64,000 nt of DNA, from assembly GCA_013239625.1 (NCBI GenBank), contig MU054026.1, forward strand, positions 124,001-188,000, read 5' to 3'. The notes under the pieces were generated by a model that worked only from the letters and a program-made list of their open reading frames with translations, was not told the origin of the DNA and did no database searches. A program made the position numbers and the translations under genes. Of this stretch, positions 1 through 12,880 are shown one piece after another. Positions within the stretch are counted from its first letter, which is position 1. Each line of letters begins with the position of its first letter. The DNA comes from Lama guanicoe (taxonomy: Eukaryota).

Positions 1-395
1 CTACAGAATGACTTCACCTCCTCAACTTACAAATATTGTTAACAATAATGATAATAGTGATTATTATGGTAAAATATGTGTATAACACATAGAGTTTATA
101 ATACACCATAAAGCACTTAGCAGTGTTGACTCCCCAGGTAAGTTGCTATATATTATAGGAGTAATCACAGTCCAGATTTTACTATCCTCAAGGGAAATTA
201 AAGTTATTTCACAATGTCAGTGTCATGCTGCAGATTAAGGAACTGAATCACAAAAAGCTACGTGACTTACTGAAATCCAGAGAAAGTGATGGAAAATAAT
301 TTCTTCTGACTCCAAATCTTTATTATTTTCTGTTGTTTTATCCTAACAAGATAGTCCACCAACTAGATCCAATCTAAATTTCTAGTAATATTTCT

Positions 396-1873
396 TTTTT
401 TTAAATTATAGTCAGTTTTCAATGCTGTGTCAATTTCTGGTGTGCAGCATAATGTTTCAGTCATACATATACATACACATATTCATTTTCATAATCTTTT
501 TCATTGTAGGTTACAAGATATTGAATATAATTCCCTGTGCTACACAGTAGAATCTTGTTTATTTTATAAATAGTAGTTAGTATCTGGAAATCTCAATCTC
601 CCAATTTATCCCTTCCCATCTCTTCTTGCTCTGGCAACCATAAGTTTGTTTTCTGTGTTTGTGAGTCTATTTCTGTTTTGTGATTAAGTTCATTTGTGTC
701 TTTTTTTTTAATTCTACATCTAAATAATATTATATAGTAGTTTTCTTTCTCTTTCTGGCTCACTTCACTTAGAATGACAATCTCCAGGTCCATCCATGTT
801 GCTGGAAACGGCATTATTTTATTTTTTACGACTGAGTAGTATTCCAGGTATAAATATACCACAACTTCTTTATCAGTCGTCCGTCGATGGACATATAGGT
901 TGTTTCTGTGTCTTGACTATTGTATATAGTGTTTCTATGAACATTGGGGTGTATGTATCTTTTGGATTTAGAGTTCCCTCTGGATATACCCTCAGGAGTG
1001 GGACTGCTGGATCATATAGTAAGTTTATTTTTAAGCACTTTTTAAGAAATCTCCATACTGTTTTCCATAATGGCTGCACATAACTACATTCCCATTAACA
1101 CTATAGGAGGGTTCCCTTTTCTCCACACCCTCTCCAGCATTTATCCTTTGTGGATGGCCATTCTGACTGGTGTGAGGTGTTACCTCCTTGTTGTTTGATT
1201 TACACTCCTCTGATAATTAGCGATATTGAGCATTCTTCATGTTGGCCATTTGTATGTCTTCATTGGAGAATTGCTTGTTTAGGTCTTCTGCCCTTTTTTG
1301 GATTTGGTTGTTTGCTTTTCTGTTACTAAGTTGTATGAGCTATTTGTATGTTCTGAAGATTAATCCCTTGTCTGTCGCAATATTTGCAAATTTTTTTCCC
1401 CATTCCATAGGTTGTCTTTTTGTTTTGTTTATAGTTTCATTTGCTCTGCAAAAGCTTATAAGTTTAATTAGGTCCCATTTGTTTATTTTTGCCTTTATTT
1501 CTATTGCCTGGGTAGACTGCCCTGGGAGAAACATTGCTAAGTTTATGTCAGAGAATGTTTTGCCTATGTTTTCTTCTAGGAGGTTTATAGTATCTTGTCT
1601 TATGTTTAAGTCTTTAAGGCATTTTGAGTTTGTTTTTGTGTATGGAGTGAAGGAATAGTCTAAATTCACTGATTCACATGTGACCGTCCAGCTTTCCCAA
1701 CATCATTTGCTGAAGAGAGTGTCTTTTCTCCATTGTATATTCTTGCCTTCTTTGTCAAAGAGTAATTGACTGCAAGCATGTGGGTTTATTTCTGTGCTGT
1801 CTGTACTGTTCCATTGGTCCATATGTCTGTTTTTGTGCCAATACCATGCTGTTTTGATTACTGTAGCTCTGTA
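396..1873 (-). mobile_element. 5'-truncated LINE-1 (ORF2 3' part + 3'UTR + polyA), degenerate
   Basis: Minus-strand frames give L1 ORF2 C-terminal motifs: [65 protein letters not shown]-run at the left end. TSD tctagtaatatttct (381-395) / tctagtattatttct (1874-1888), 1 mismatch. Frameshifts are present. Confidence 0.95.
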
Positions 1874-4829
1874 TCTAGTATTATTTCTAATTTCTTCCAA
1901 TAAAAAAGCCTGGTCTCCCATCAGTATGTCTAACACTCAATTACCATTTTCACTTGTTCAGGCAGCAGCCAGCTGTCCAGCCGTGCTCTTTTACTACCTC
2001 TCCACACGTACATACACCAGCCATTTTTGACGACCAATCAAGTTTAATCACTTTCATAAAGCTTTCTCATATTTCCTAGATCCAGAGTGGCCTGGAACTT
2101 CTTTTCATCTCTATTTAATATAGAGGTAATAATAACAACAAAATGTATTGACCATTTTCAAGTGAGGAAAGTGAAGCACACCACATACAAATGGCCATCA
2201 CATTATATGGTCATTTTAGGGTCTGTATGTTCATCAGTGTAGCTCTTGTCTTTCCCATTAGCTTACAGGGAGATGGCTTAGCTCATTTATATCGTTCCCA
2301 GCAATGAGTGCAGCTTTTTACAAACCCCAAACACCTTGTAAATGCTCACTAAGCAAGTATTGTCTACACTCACTTTTACCAAAGTATTTATTTAGCATCT
2401 CTTTTACCTACATGAATCGTATATGCTTTTAATGAAACAGTTAATGATTGATAATGTGCCTTAGGTAATAAACAAAAGTTAAAAATCCTTTACTCTGTTG
2501 CCTACTACTATCTTATTACCAAAGATTAGATTTTAACTATGTCTAAGATTGGGAAAATTTAGTTATATGACTAACATAAATTTTGCCCAGCCTGCCCTTG
2601 CTACCACTACTTTATGAAAATTGATCACAATAAGCAATTGTTTGCTCACATTTGTTTTTGTGACTCATGAGCAAAATATTTCCCTTCGCTGATAATAACA
2701 CATCATAACTGCCCCAGATATGTTGTTCAAAGAAAGTTATATCAGTTTACGCTTCCACAGAGGATACAGTAATCATATAAATAAATTATACATTGGGTAC
2801 AGGAAACTGCATTATAGCAAATTGGACAAATTGAGTTTAAGAGAAGAAAACATAATTGTGTAATTTTAAGAAGGAATAAATATTGACCAAAACGCACATT
2901 TTTACAAGCAATGTTATCTCTGATCAGCAGCAAACATGCTTCTTGATCAATATTTGTGGTTTGATTCATTTCCTGCCATATAGAACTTGATGGGCTGGTC
3001 AATATATACAAAGGTTGGGAAAAAAAAGAGAGAGATAAGGAAGGTTGTTTTTTTAAATGTTTTTTAAACTTTTCTTAAAGTTTCTCTTCTTTTCTTTCTT
3101 TCATTCATTTCCAAAATGTCTGCAGGCACAGTAGTGCCAAGGAAGGTGAGATCTGCTGAAAGACAGGAATTTCCTTGATATGCAGTTAGGGACAAGAAAG
3201 ACTTCTGAGAATCTGAATCTTGGTGGAGGATATTTCGGACTAAGCATAACATGGGAATAAGACTGAAAAGTACGTGACCTTGTTATAAAATGGTGATGAG
3301 TCTGGTAAATTACTCATCCACAGGGGTATAAGGAAAGAGGTACAGTGAAAAATGAGACTGAAGGACGGCACCAGTTTTTTGAGAGCCTTGAATGCAAGAC
3401 TCTGGTGATAAGATCTTATTTTCATGAAATGGAAAGCCAAAAAAAATGAAAGAAAGAAAGAAACAGAAACAGTGAGCAGATGGTCATCAACATCACAGCA
3501 CCCTGTGAATATAAAGTTTTGTTTTGTCTGCAAATATTTAAGTGCACTATGGACAGGTAATAGAGCAAAAGAATGAAAATGACATAGCAACCTCTAGACG
3601 GCTGGTCCAGCACCTTTCAAGGAACAACGATCCTCAGTGATCTTTTCAAAATCAAGAATTTCAGTGTTGAGGATGGACTTGATAACAAAGCACAAATCTA
3701 ATTAAGAGGCAATAACTTTCAGGAGTAAACTCCAAGCCTTGAACCAGGCATCCACTGAGGCCCTATCCCCTCCACCTGTGAGCCAAGTCCTATGACTGAA
3801 GTTGTTTTGATGGTGGAGATTCCTGGATCAATAGAATAGCTCTTCAAGAATGGGGCTCAGAGCCAACTAATTGGGATTCAAGGGAGAGGCTGAGCACGAA
3901 TGCCATCAACACGTGTGTGGTGACCTCTGGGTCCCACAAGCACAGACATTTTTGCTCAGAACAAGGGGCAAGTGTGGAGGCTCACCTGCAAGTCAGACTG
4001 TAAGAAACAGCACCAACTCCTATAGGGATCTAAAAGCCAACATCAGCAGAGACTGTACAAAGAAGGAAATAGAATTTCATAAGGACATTTAAAAAAAAAT
4101 AGTCCCAACACATCAAACGCAAGTGAGGTGATCTCTGAGCATAGGCGGTGAACCCCAGAGGCAGAGATGATTCAGGAAATGAGCAGTGGATTGAAGGCAG
4201 ACACAGCCCTGAGAGAGGATTCTCTGACATCTGTCTGCATTCCAACTGAGTACAAACCCAAATCTGATTTGAGCAGCTGGAAAGCTGCTTGCGAGATGGG
4301 ACACTATTTTCTGCAACAATCTATCCCTCACACTAAGATTATTGAAAATAATAGTTATGTAGGTGCCCAATAGGGCAACCCTAAGAGGCAGATGTGAGAG
4401 GAAAGAATGAGAGGACAGGAATGAAGAGCAAGGCATTTCAGTGGAAAGAGCTGCTGCTTTACCTGGAATTTCTTAACCTGTAAATATTTTCCAAAATGAA
4501 TGTTCTTTCTGTTGCGATGTGTTGGCTTTTCAGATTGTGAAAGTGATTAGACGCATAAAAAAATTTGCAAGATGCAAAAAAGTGTGGCGATAATGAAGAA
4601 AATGGCCTCCAGTTTCATCGCCTAGAAGTAATCTTGGTAAATATTTGGAGATGTTTCCTTCCATTCTTTTAATGATACAGATATCTGTAATTTCTAGTAG
4701 ATTTGGAAACCTGGCTGTTGTGTGTTCATTTCTGTTCACTGGATAATGTGAATGAGTATTTTCCTACATCACTAAATAACCTTTAAAAGATGAAAGTGAA
4801 AAATATAATTAACACCTAGTTTCATCAGT

Positions 4830-4980
4830 TGTACCACTGTGATGAAGGATGTTGATAAGGGGGGAAATTGTGGATACGCACGTGTGCAGGGACAGGGGTT
4901 ATACGGAAAATCTTTGTACCTTCCCCTCAGTTTTTCTGTGAACCTGAAACTGCTCTAAAAAGTTAAGTTTTAATTTAATA
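4830..4980 (+). mobile_element. Old L1 (L1MB/L1MC-like) 3' end
   Basis: tgtaccactgtgatgaaggatgttgataaggggggaaa...ctgtgaacctgaaactgctctaaaa is a typical old L1 3' terminus; subfamily from recall. Confidence 0.7.
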
Positions 4981-5446
4981 AAAATTAAGATGGAAAGAAA
5001 GAAAGAAAGCCTGTTCTATCAAATATCAAGACACATTTCTATAGTAATTAAAACAGTGTGGTAAGTAGTGTATCAGTAAACACATAGAAAACTTGAAAAG
5101 AGTAGACCCATGCCTGTTTGGAAACTTGATTTATGACACGGTGGCCATTACAAATCAATGGGGAAAGATGAACAATTTGATACATTGTTCTAGGATAATT
5201 AGTTATTCAAGCAAAATCAAATTCTTGCCTTATACTCTGGGCAAAAATTAATTTCATGTGTGTTAAAAAACTTATACACAAGTGGCAAAGCTATAAATCT
5301 TAGAAGATGCTATAGGAAAGTATCTGTATTACTTCTAGGTAGGGAAAGATTTCTTAAATAACACATGCAAAATAAAATCATAAGGAAAAAGATTATGAAT
5401 TTGACTATATTAAAATTAGGCAGCTGTTTTCATCAAAAGACGATAA

Positions 5447-5670
5447 ACTGGGAGTTTGAGATTTGCAGATACTGACTGGTATATATAAAATAGCTAAACA
5501 AGTTTATACTGTATAGCTCAGGGAAACATATTCAGTATCTTGTAGTAGCTCATGGTGAAAAAGAATATGAAAATGAATATATGTATATTCATGTAGGACT
5601 GAAGCATTGTGCTGTACACCAGACATTGACACAACATTGTAAACTGACTATAACTCAATTTTTAAAAAGA
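5447..5670 (+). mobile_element. Young L1 3'UTR fragment followed by a (TA)n-rich tail
   Basis: Clearly homologous to the 3'UTR of the L1s at 396-700 (reverse complement) and 49150-49360 (ctgggagtttgagatttgcaga...gacacaacattgtaaactgactataactcaa). Confidence 0.85.
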
Positions 5671-5792
5671 ATACATATATATGTGTATACCATATACATA
5701 CATACATACATATATATTTATATATAAATATATACAGATAGATATATTGCATATATACCAATATATACTTATATATCTTAAATATATATTTA
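5671..5792. repeat. (TA)n/(TACA)n low-complexity tract
   Basis: Seen directly. Confidence 0.85.
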
Positions 5793-6171
5793 CAGATTTT
5801 TTTAATAAATAAGTAAATATCTGAACCTGCCTTAGCACACCATAACTGTTCTAACTCAGATGTCTTTTTCTCCTTAATGTTGGTCTGATAAATTCCTTTA
5901 TTACCTCTAATATATAGCTAACCCTTTAATTCCGAGGACACTTGCCTAACAACTCACCCCCGCCTCACTTGGCCAAGTAGAGTCAGTCAGTCATCCGTCC
6001 TTTCTGCCACATCCCTCAATCAGAGCATCTACTTCATGAGCCAGGCACTGTGCAAAGAGCTTTCTTAACATCTGCCATCTCATTCCTTCCTTGTCACAGT
6101 ATTAGTGTTGTGATGCGTGAAGTGTGCATACTAAACTGCATTGCTTACGTCATTTTTTGTTTAAAAAAAAG

Positions 6172-6690
6172 AGTATCTGGTTATCTGTTGCCACATAACA
6201 AAATACCCTGAAATATAATGGCTTTAAAAAAAAACCATTTAATTGTATTCCATGACTTTCTGGGTCTGGAATTCTGGAAGGGCTTAGCTGGATTATTCTC
6301 GCATTCCATGGTGCATTGACTGAACCCATTTGGTAGTACTCAGCAGAGTTCTCATCCAAGATGGCTTCACTAAAATGTCTGGGGTGGGTAGAAATGGCTG
6401 GTAGGCTGGGATCAGCTGGGACTGTTGACAGAGCACTTCCATGTGCCTTCTACTTGGTGGTTTTCAGAGTGGTCAAACTTCTTACACGGAGACCCAAGAC
6501 ACCCAGCGAGAGTGTTCCAAGGGACAGAAATTAGGAGCTGCCAGTTGATTAAGCCTTTCACCCAGAAACAGGCCCATCATCACTTCTACACAATTCTATT
6601 GGTCAAAACACTCCCAGATTCAAGGAGAAGAGACATAGATTATATTTCTAATTAAAGGATGTGTCAAAGGATGGAAGCCTCATTTAACTC
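6172..6690 (-). mobile_element. MaLR LTR (MLT1-type)
   Basis: gttatctgttgccacataacaaaataccctgaaatataatggcttt...tgggtctggaattctggaagggcttagctgg resembles a reversed MLT1. Confidence 0.7.
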
Positions 6691-6770
6691 GCCACCTCAT
6701 AGAAAATGTTAATGACAGATTTGAAGAAAATATTAGCTATATCTAAAAATAAGAAACTACTATTTCTAGA

Positions 6771-6980
6771 AGAGCATTGTCCTAAACAACTTTCTGTGAT
6801 ACTGGAAATATTCTCTACATGGTCAAATATGGTAGCCATATGGAGAAACATGTGGCTATGGAGTATTTGAAATGTAGCAAGTGTGGCCAAGGTGCTGAAT
6901 TTTAATTTTGTTTAAATTTTAGTTACTTTAAATCAAAATAGTCATAAGTGGCTAGTTGCCACCTTATCAGGCAGCATCAC
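6771..6980 (+). mobile_element. MER3-like hAT-Charlie MITE
   Basis: About 210 bp; actttctgtgatactggaaatattct...acatgtggctatggagtatttgaaatgtagc...gtggctagttgccacc matches the recalled MER3 layout. Confidence 0.8.
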
Positions 6981-7660
6981 TTAGAATATAAAAGATACAC
7001 CTGCAAATCAAGAAGAAAATGATAGAAAACTACAATTAAAATGGCCAAAGGATATGAACAGATAATTCACAGAAGGGGAAACTCAAGTGACTTGAGAAAG
7101 TATATGGAAAGGTATCCAAGTTGAAGAGTCATCAGAGAAATGGAAATTAAAATGATCATGTACTTTACACCTATCTGAATAACAAACATTAAAACATTGG
7201 ATAATGCCAAGGGTTCCTGGGGACATAGAGAAGGAATTACCCTTTCCTACTGTTAGTGGGAAGAGAGACTGAAATAGTTATTTCTGAGAGCAAGCTGGCA
7301 ACACTTGGCCCATTTAAGTAATCATCTACTTTTTGATTCTGCACAATCTCTGTGACACATACAAGATGTGCATTGCACCAGGGAGGTGGAGACCAGTTAA
7401 GCGTCTATAACTGGAGGAAGGGAAAAGTAAAATGTGGTTGCTGGATGTCATGGAATATTACACAGTCGTTAGAAGCAATGACTACAACAATAGAATGCGT
7501 AGCAAAATGGATGGATCTTAAACACAATGCTGAGATTAAACATTAAGAAACAATATCAGTCCCATACCACAATGTTTTCGAAAAACAAAAGTGCATATGC
7601 ATAGAAAGCAACAATATGTATCCTACAAGGATACATACAAGTTTAAGGAAACAAACACAT

Positions 7661-8079
7661 AGTTGGTTCACAAACTCCGGAGGTTTCCGGGTGAAATCTG
7701 AAACTGGCCCTCAGATAAGGAGGGCAAGAAGAGACCTAAGAATGAGGCGACCACTCCAGGTTGGTAGGTAGTGGTGCCAAGAAACAGAGAATCTACACAT
7801 GAGGCTTGTCTTGGGCTCCTCCAGACAAGTAGATCCAAGCGCGCCTGCCAGTATCTTAAGAGTTTATAGAGAGAACTTAAAGGGTGCAGTCATGAATTGA
7901 GTCCAGGTGGTCTTCACAACAGCTCTCAAGGCTGCATCCTTGAACCCGGCTCCCACTGAGGGGACAGTGGGCAGAGCGAATAGTCCAAGGATGGGGGAGG
8001 GGGCGAGGAGCCTCTGTTTACCCAGGTTCAGCTCTGGGATCAACAGGCAGTCGCGTCCTCTCCGTGACCACCCCCAACA
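7661..8079 (-). mobile_element. ERV1-class solo LTR
   Basis: Inverted termini (a)gttgg...ccaaca, flanked by cacat/gacat (5-bp TSD-like). TATA-like tctataaa on the minus strand near 7863-7870. Family not identified. Confidence 0.65.
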
Positions 8080-8604
8080 GACATTGTCACTACTGCCTAC
8101 AGAGAAGCCTAGTGAGGAAGGGAAGGAGGGAGGGAAGAGGGAAACTCACACTAACAAGTTGTTCACAGTAGTTAACAATAAACTAAGGACTGTGATGAAT
8201 GCAGTCTCTGGATCTGAGTTTCCCCCATACTTCTCTCTGTATCCCAATGTTTACACAATACTTTGCACATAGTCAGTGCTTGATAAACTCCTTCTGGTAG
8301 ATGTGTTAATGTGTTACTTAATACTGTTAGGAAGACCAGATGAAGAGGATTATAAGAAATTAGGTTAAAACTACCAAAAAACAACAATTATTTTTCTTAC
8401 CCTGTACTTTTCTTTCTGCCACACCACCCCAATGCCCAGGAGTTTTCAGCAGCTCCCCAGCTCTCTGTTCCATTCATTTTGGCAGGGCTGGAGGAAGAGG
8501 ATGGTTCAGGTGGGTCTCAGAGCCTGGGGAGGCATCTGTCTGAGAGATTGGACATTTCTGAGCTAATAGATCAAATGCACAGCAGCAACGTGAACTCATG
8601 TACT

Positions 8605-9010
8605 TCTACAGTAGCCTAAATGATGCCCCCAAAATGTCTGGTCCTATCCTGGAACCTATAAGTGTCAGATGGCAAAGTCATCATTAATGTGATTAGATGA
8701 AGGATCTTGTGGTAGGGAGATTATCCTGGATCACCCAGGTGGGACTTAAATGCAATCACATGTGTCCTTATAAAAAGGAGGCAGAAGAAAATTTAACACA
8801 CACCCAGAGAAGGCCACTTGACGACCGACCAGAGAAAGATTTCAAGATTGTAGCCACAAATGATAGAATGCCAGCAGCCCCCGGAAGCTGGAACAAAGAA
8901 TGGATTCTCCTCTGGAAGGAATCACAGCCCTACAGACACTTTGACTTTGGTCCAGTATTACTGATTTGGGACCTTTGTCTTCCAGAATTTGGGAAAAAAA
9001 ATTTGTGTTC
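8605..9010 (+). mobile_element. MaLR LTR (MLT1C/D-like)
   Basis: gggagattatcctggatcacccaggtgggacttaaatgcaatcacatgtgtccttataaaaaggaggcaga is the MLT1C/D core. Confidence 0.85.
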
Positions 9011-10920
9011 TAGGCTAAAATATGACTCCTCCCCCCCCATGCCTGTAGCATAAGAATTAAACCCCCTTTGAATGACTCTGCATCCCCTGCACACAAACTC
9101 TCACTGTCCCTCATAGACGTCCAAAAGTATGACATTAAATGTAAAGTAATCACACTGTGTCACATACAGTTACAGGACAGTTGCTCTTTTTCCACAATGT
9201 CTTCCTCTCGTCTGTGGCTCACAGCCTTGGCCCAGCAGACTCACCTGGGGTATCCTAATGTTTACTGAGGTGCGGGGCCCCTCCTCTGGGATTCTAAGTT
9301 AGTTGGTCTGGGGTGAAGCCTGGCCACAGGGAGTTTTAAACCCTCCCCATGTGATTCTTACTTACAGTCAAGGTTGTCAACTGCTGATCCAGTCTTTCTT
9401 TTCTTTCTAACCTGCTCTAGGAAGAAGAGAAGGGATGTGATCTCAACGCAATACACCTAAAAGTGGAAACAAATCACCATATTTCTTTTTCCAGAAATGT
9501 TGATAACTTAGTTCTAATGTTTATTGAGGTTAAACATCGTTGCATCTTATCTAAGGATAACCAAGAACTGAAGAGATCCAGGAAGACGTGGGCATCCTGA
9601 GGCCTCCAGGTCTTGTCACATCTGGGAAAAAGCCTGGCTTCACCGACAGCTGCCTCTGTCTGCACCTCATACCACTGATGCCGAAAGCCCAAAGGCCAAC
9701 TGTCTGATACAGCCGAGGTCACTTACTCACCAGGAAACCCACCTCCCTCTCTCTCCCAAGCCACTGCCGGTCATACCACTGCAGCCTGAAATGTCTGAAG
9801 CTGAAACAGTTCGCCCCTCAGTCTGCAGCACCGATGACTTAAGTACATTTGCAAGGCTGTGGGGCTTAACATCGGCACGGTCCCTCCTGCGTTCTAACTT
9901 CCTGCTTCTCCGCACTGTTTATGCTCACCTGTTACCCAATTAGCACCCCAGTAAAGTAACTCCCGTGGTCGTTTTACCCTAGCAATTAACCCTCTCCAGC
10001 ATCCCCCTCTGCAAAGAGCTTCCGATTAAAATTAACTGCTCAGTTATTCACCTAACAATAGGACGCATGTCACAGTCGATCAGGAGGAAGACAATTTCTT
10101 TTTTCTTAGATCTCTAAATGTGTCCAGTAGCAGTAGAGAAGAAAGATTTTCCTGAAATAATCTAGAGGGCTTGGTTGAAGTTTACGGTAAGGGCACACAT
10201 TCATAAAATGTGAGCTCCTCTCTACTGGTTTTGAGATGGTCAGCATCTCTAGTTTGAAGAAAATGCTCAAATGAAGAAGGAAAGTCCATGGCTTTTGTTT
10301 CTTTTATTATATAAAGGGCTGACATGAATTTCTTATTAATGATCACAGTGACATATAGGAAAGATACAAAGAAGAAAAGGGGGTGGGGAGAAGGAAGTAA
10401 AAGAGAGAAAAAGAAAAGTGCAGGGGGAAGGGATTAAATACTGAGTTACCCAGCATCTTACAGGGATGGGATAATTCACCTCCTATTTAAACAATATTTC
10501 TTCACAACTAAAAATATTGTGCATACTATACATAGCTTTCCTATTATTAGAAATATAATATACTTAACATAGAGACTCCAATTAAATATAACTTTTCATG
10601 AAAAAATTTGAAAGAACTTTAGAATTTTGAGTGCCTAAGATAATCACCATGAACAATTTTGCAAGGCAATGAAGTGGGGAATAATATAGGATTCATAATA
10701 TCTATCTATTTCTGGGGTTTGCACTGGTAAAATTTTAAATTTACGGTGGGCCAGAGATGTAGCTATGATACAGTTGTCCCGAAGACCACACATCTTTATG
10801 TAAATTATCAAAGCAGGTTATAATCATATTTGTACATGTTGTATAGAATCACACAGAACTGCCTACATATCTTGTTTATAGGGTTTTTTAAAAATACTTT
10901 ATTTATTATTGTACCACTTT

Positions 10921-11050
10921 AATTATCTTTTTTTATGTTGGGGGGAGGAAGTAATTACATTTATTTATTTTTAGTGGAGGTGCTGGGGATTGAACCCAGG
11001 GCCTCATGCATGCTAAGCACGCGTTCTACCACTTGAGCTATACCCTCCCC
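10921..11050 (-). mobile_element. tRNA-Ala(AGC)-derived SINE, camelid vic-1-like
   Basis: Reverse complement is ggggagggtatagctcaagtggtagaacgcgtgcttagcatgcatgaggccctgggttcaatccccagcacctcca, followed by an AT-rich/C-run tail. It has Pol III A and B boxes and the same layout as the copy at 48464. Confidence 0.85.
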
Positions 11051-11531
11051 ACTGTATGTAGGTTTGAGAGGAAAGAAGTCACTTTCTAACCTAGACTGAA
11101 ATCTATTGATTACTTTTTGTTCTATTTTTCCTTACCTACACATTATTCAGAAGACACTTACTCTACAACAAAAAAAAGGAAGATGGCACATACAACCACA
11201 GAAGCCCGTATGTCTTTCTGGACAGAGATCAAGAGACGACCTGAATTTTATGTGGAAAGAAAATATATTAAAAGTTATCATTTCGGGCCCAGGATTGCCT
11301 GCTAGGTAACTGAGGCAGAGGGTGCGTCCAAGAATCTCAGTCTGAAAATGCCATCAGATGGTTCTCTGCTTGCATGATGTGTTTCCTGAAATGCTTCCAC
11401 TGCAGAAAGCCACAAAAGCCAGGCATTTCAGAAAATTGCTGGAGTCTGTTTTCTCCACCATGGAGAGGAGTCAGTCTCCCTTTTCCAGAAGGCTTCATTA
11501 ACTGAAATTCTAATCCCACTTGAACTTGGAT

Positions 11532-11746
11532 GAGGAAAAAGGAAGGGAGGAAGGAAGAAAGGGGGTTGGAAGGAAAAGAGGGAGGGAGGAAGAAAGGGAG
11601 GGAGGAAGGAAAGGAGGGAGGGAGGGAGGAAGAAAGGGAGGGAGGGAGGAAGGAAGGATAGGAGGGAGGAAGGGAGAAAGGGAGGGAGGGAGGGAAGGAG
11701 AGAGGGAGGGAAGGAGAAAGAGAGGGAGGAAGGAAGGAAGGAAGAG
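11532..11746. repeat. Polypurine (GGAA/GGGA)n simple repeat
   Basis: About 210 nt almost entirely A/G; includes (GGGA)3GGG at 11680-11694. Confidence 0.95.
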
Positions 11747-12205
11747 ACCTTCTTGCATACCAAATGTTGTAAACCCTGGAAAACTATTCGCAGACAAGAA
11801 GTAGCCGGCTCAGAGCTGTGGCTTTCCTGCCCAGAATGAAGGCAGCTTGTAAGCTGCAAGGTCCAGGAGCTGAGAAGAGAACAGTCACCACTCCCTATGA
11901 AATGTTAACAATTCATTAACGGGAAAAGGCTGCATAAAGGGATGCGGGATCAGAGGCAGCTCAACAGCATCAGATGCAGAGAGAATGAAGGATGGGAAAG
12001 GGGAGACGTGGAAAAGAAAGGTGGGGGGACTTGATAGGAAAAGGAACAAAGAGGAGAGACTGGAAGGTAAAAGAGTAGGAGAGATTAGAGGACGAGGGAG
12101 AGGAAAGAGGAGAAAGGACTTAAATAAAATTCAAATCTCTAATCTGGTTTTACTTTTAATCTTCTTTCCGGGGCAGAGTTTGAATGTAGGATGCTGGTCT
12201 TTCTG

Positions 12206-12240
<35 letters not shown>

Positions 12241-12319
12241 CAGTTTCCCCCCTGGAAGGGATTATGCCCTTTGACTTTCAAAGACATCTCTCCCCTTTCT
12301 AACATCAATAAGGCTGGAT

Positions 12320-12880
12320 GGCTGTGTGTGCGCTGGCGTGGAGCGCAGCGGGGCGCCTGCAGGGCCGGGAAATTTCGCACAAGTCAGCCAGGCTGGCGCG
12401 GGGGACGCATTGCTTCTTAAACACCCTTATCTCGGACAGTGTAGGCATATTTGTTTGTAAATAGACATGTTATGTATGTGCCCGTGTAAATAAATAAGTT
12501 TAAATAGAATTTCCAAATGAACAACATGAGAAAAATTGTCGATTTTTTGAGTGTGTCGAATAATGACTGCAAACAAAAGTGCTTTGCAGCCGCCAGCAGC
12601 CGGGTGCATCCCTGAGGCCACCCTGCCATCTAGCGTTGTGCGGCCGGAAGGCCTCCGGCAGCCACAGTCGGCCTCATTTACCCTCACAGCTGGAGACACG
12701 GAAGCGCATTCCCCTAAATGTGTTAGCTGAGCAGGGCTATACGCTGGAAACAAATTAATATATAATTCTTCTGTGTCTTAAGGTCATTACTGTCGAAGCA
12801 TAAATTAATAGAGCTATTCCAGTTAATTCATTTTGGCATTTGTTTCTGCATGTCTGAGCGCATATGTGAAAATAGGCACC
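12320..12880. promoter_or_regulatory. Candidate enhancer: CpG-rich flanks around an AT-rich forkhead/GATA core
   Basis: About 24 CpG by hand count in 12330-12745; CTTATCT (GATA) at 12426; TGTTTGTAAATA and GTAAATAAATA at 12450-12497; TAAT/ATTA clusters at 12750-12830. Motif inference only. Confidence 0.5.
12623..12636 (-). promoter_or_regulatory. CTCF-like motif
   Basis: Reverse complement acgctagatggcag fits the CCRSYAGRKGGCR core except at the first base. Confidence 0.45.

Larger units (their letters stand above)
5000..7650 (+). mobile_element. Ancient L1M (L1ME-like) ORF2/3' remnant, interrupted by younger insertions
   Basis: Degenerate ORF2-like tracts at 5000-5445 (cagtgtggta; gaaacttgatttatgaca...caatggggaaagatg) resume at about 6700-6770 and 6985-7650 (aaatggccaaaggatatgaacagataattcacagaagggg). 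Confidence 0.65.

Noticed and set aside
593..1936. ORFs with clear protein similarity (also 48695-49053)
   Set aside because: They are frameshifted LINE-1 ORF2 C-terminal remnants inside TSD-bounded truncated elements, not host genes.
11428..11859. Pro/Ser/Leu-rich and Gly/Arg/Glu-rich ORFs (also 22389-22685, 54424-54720, 59165-59584)
   Set aside because: They are translations of simple repeats that lack stop codons.
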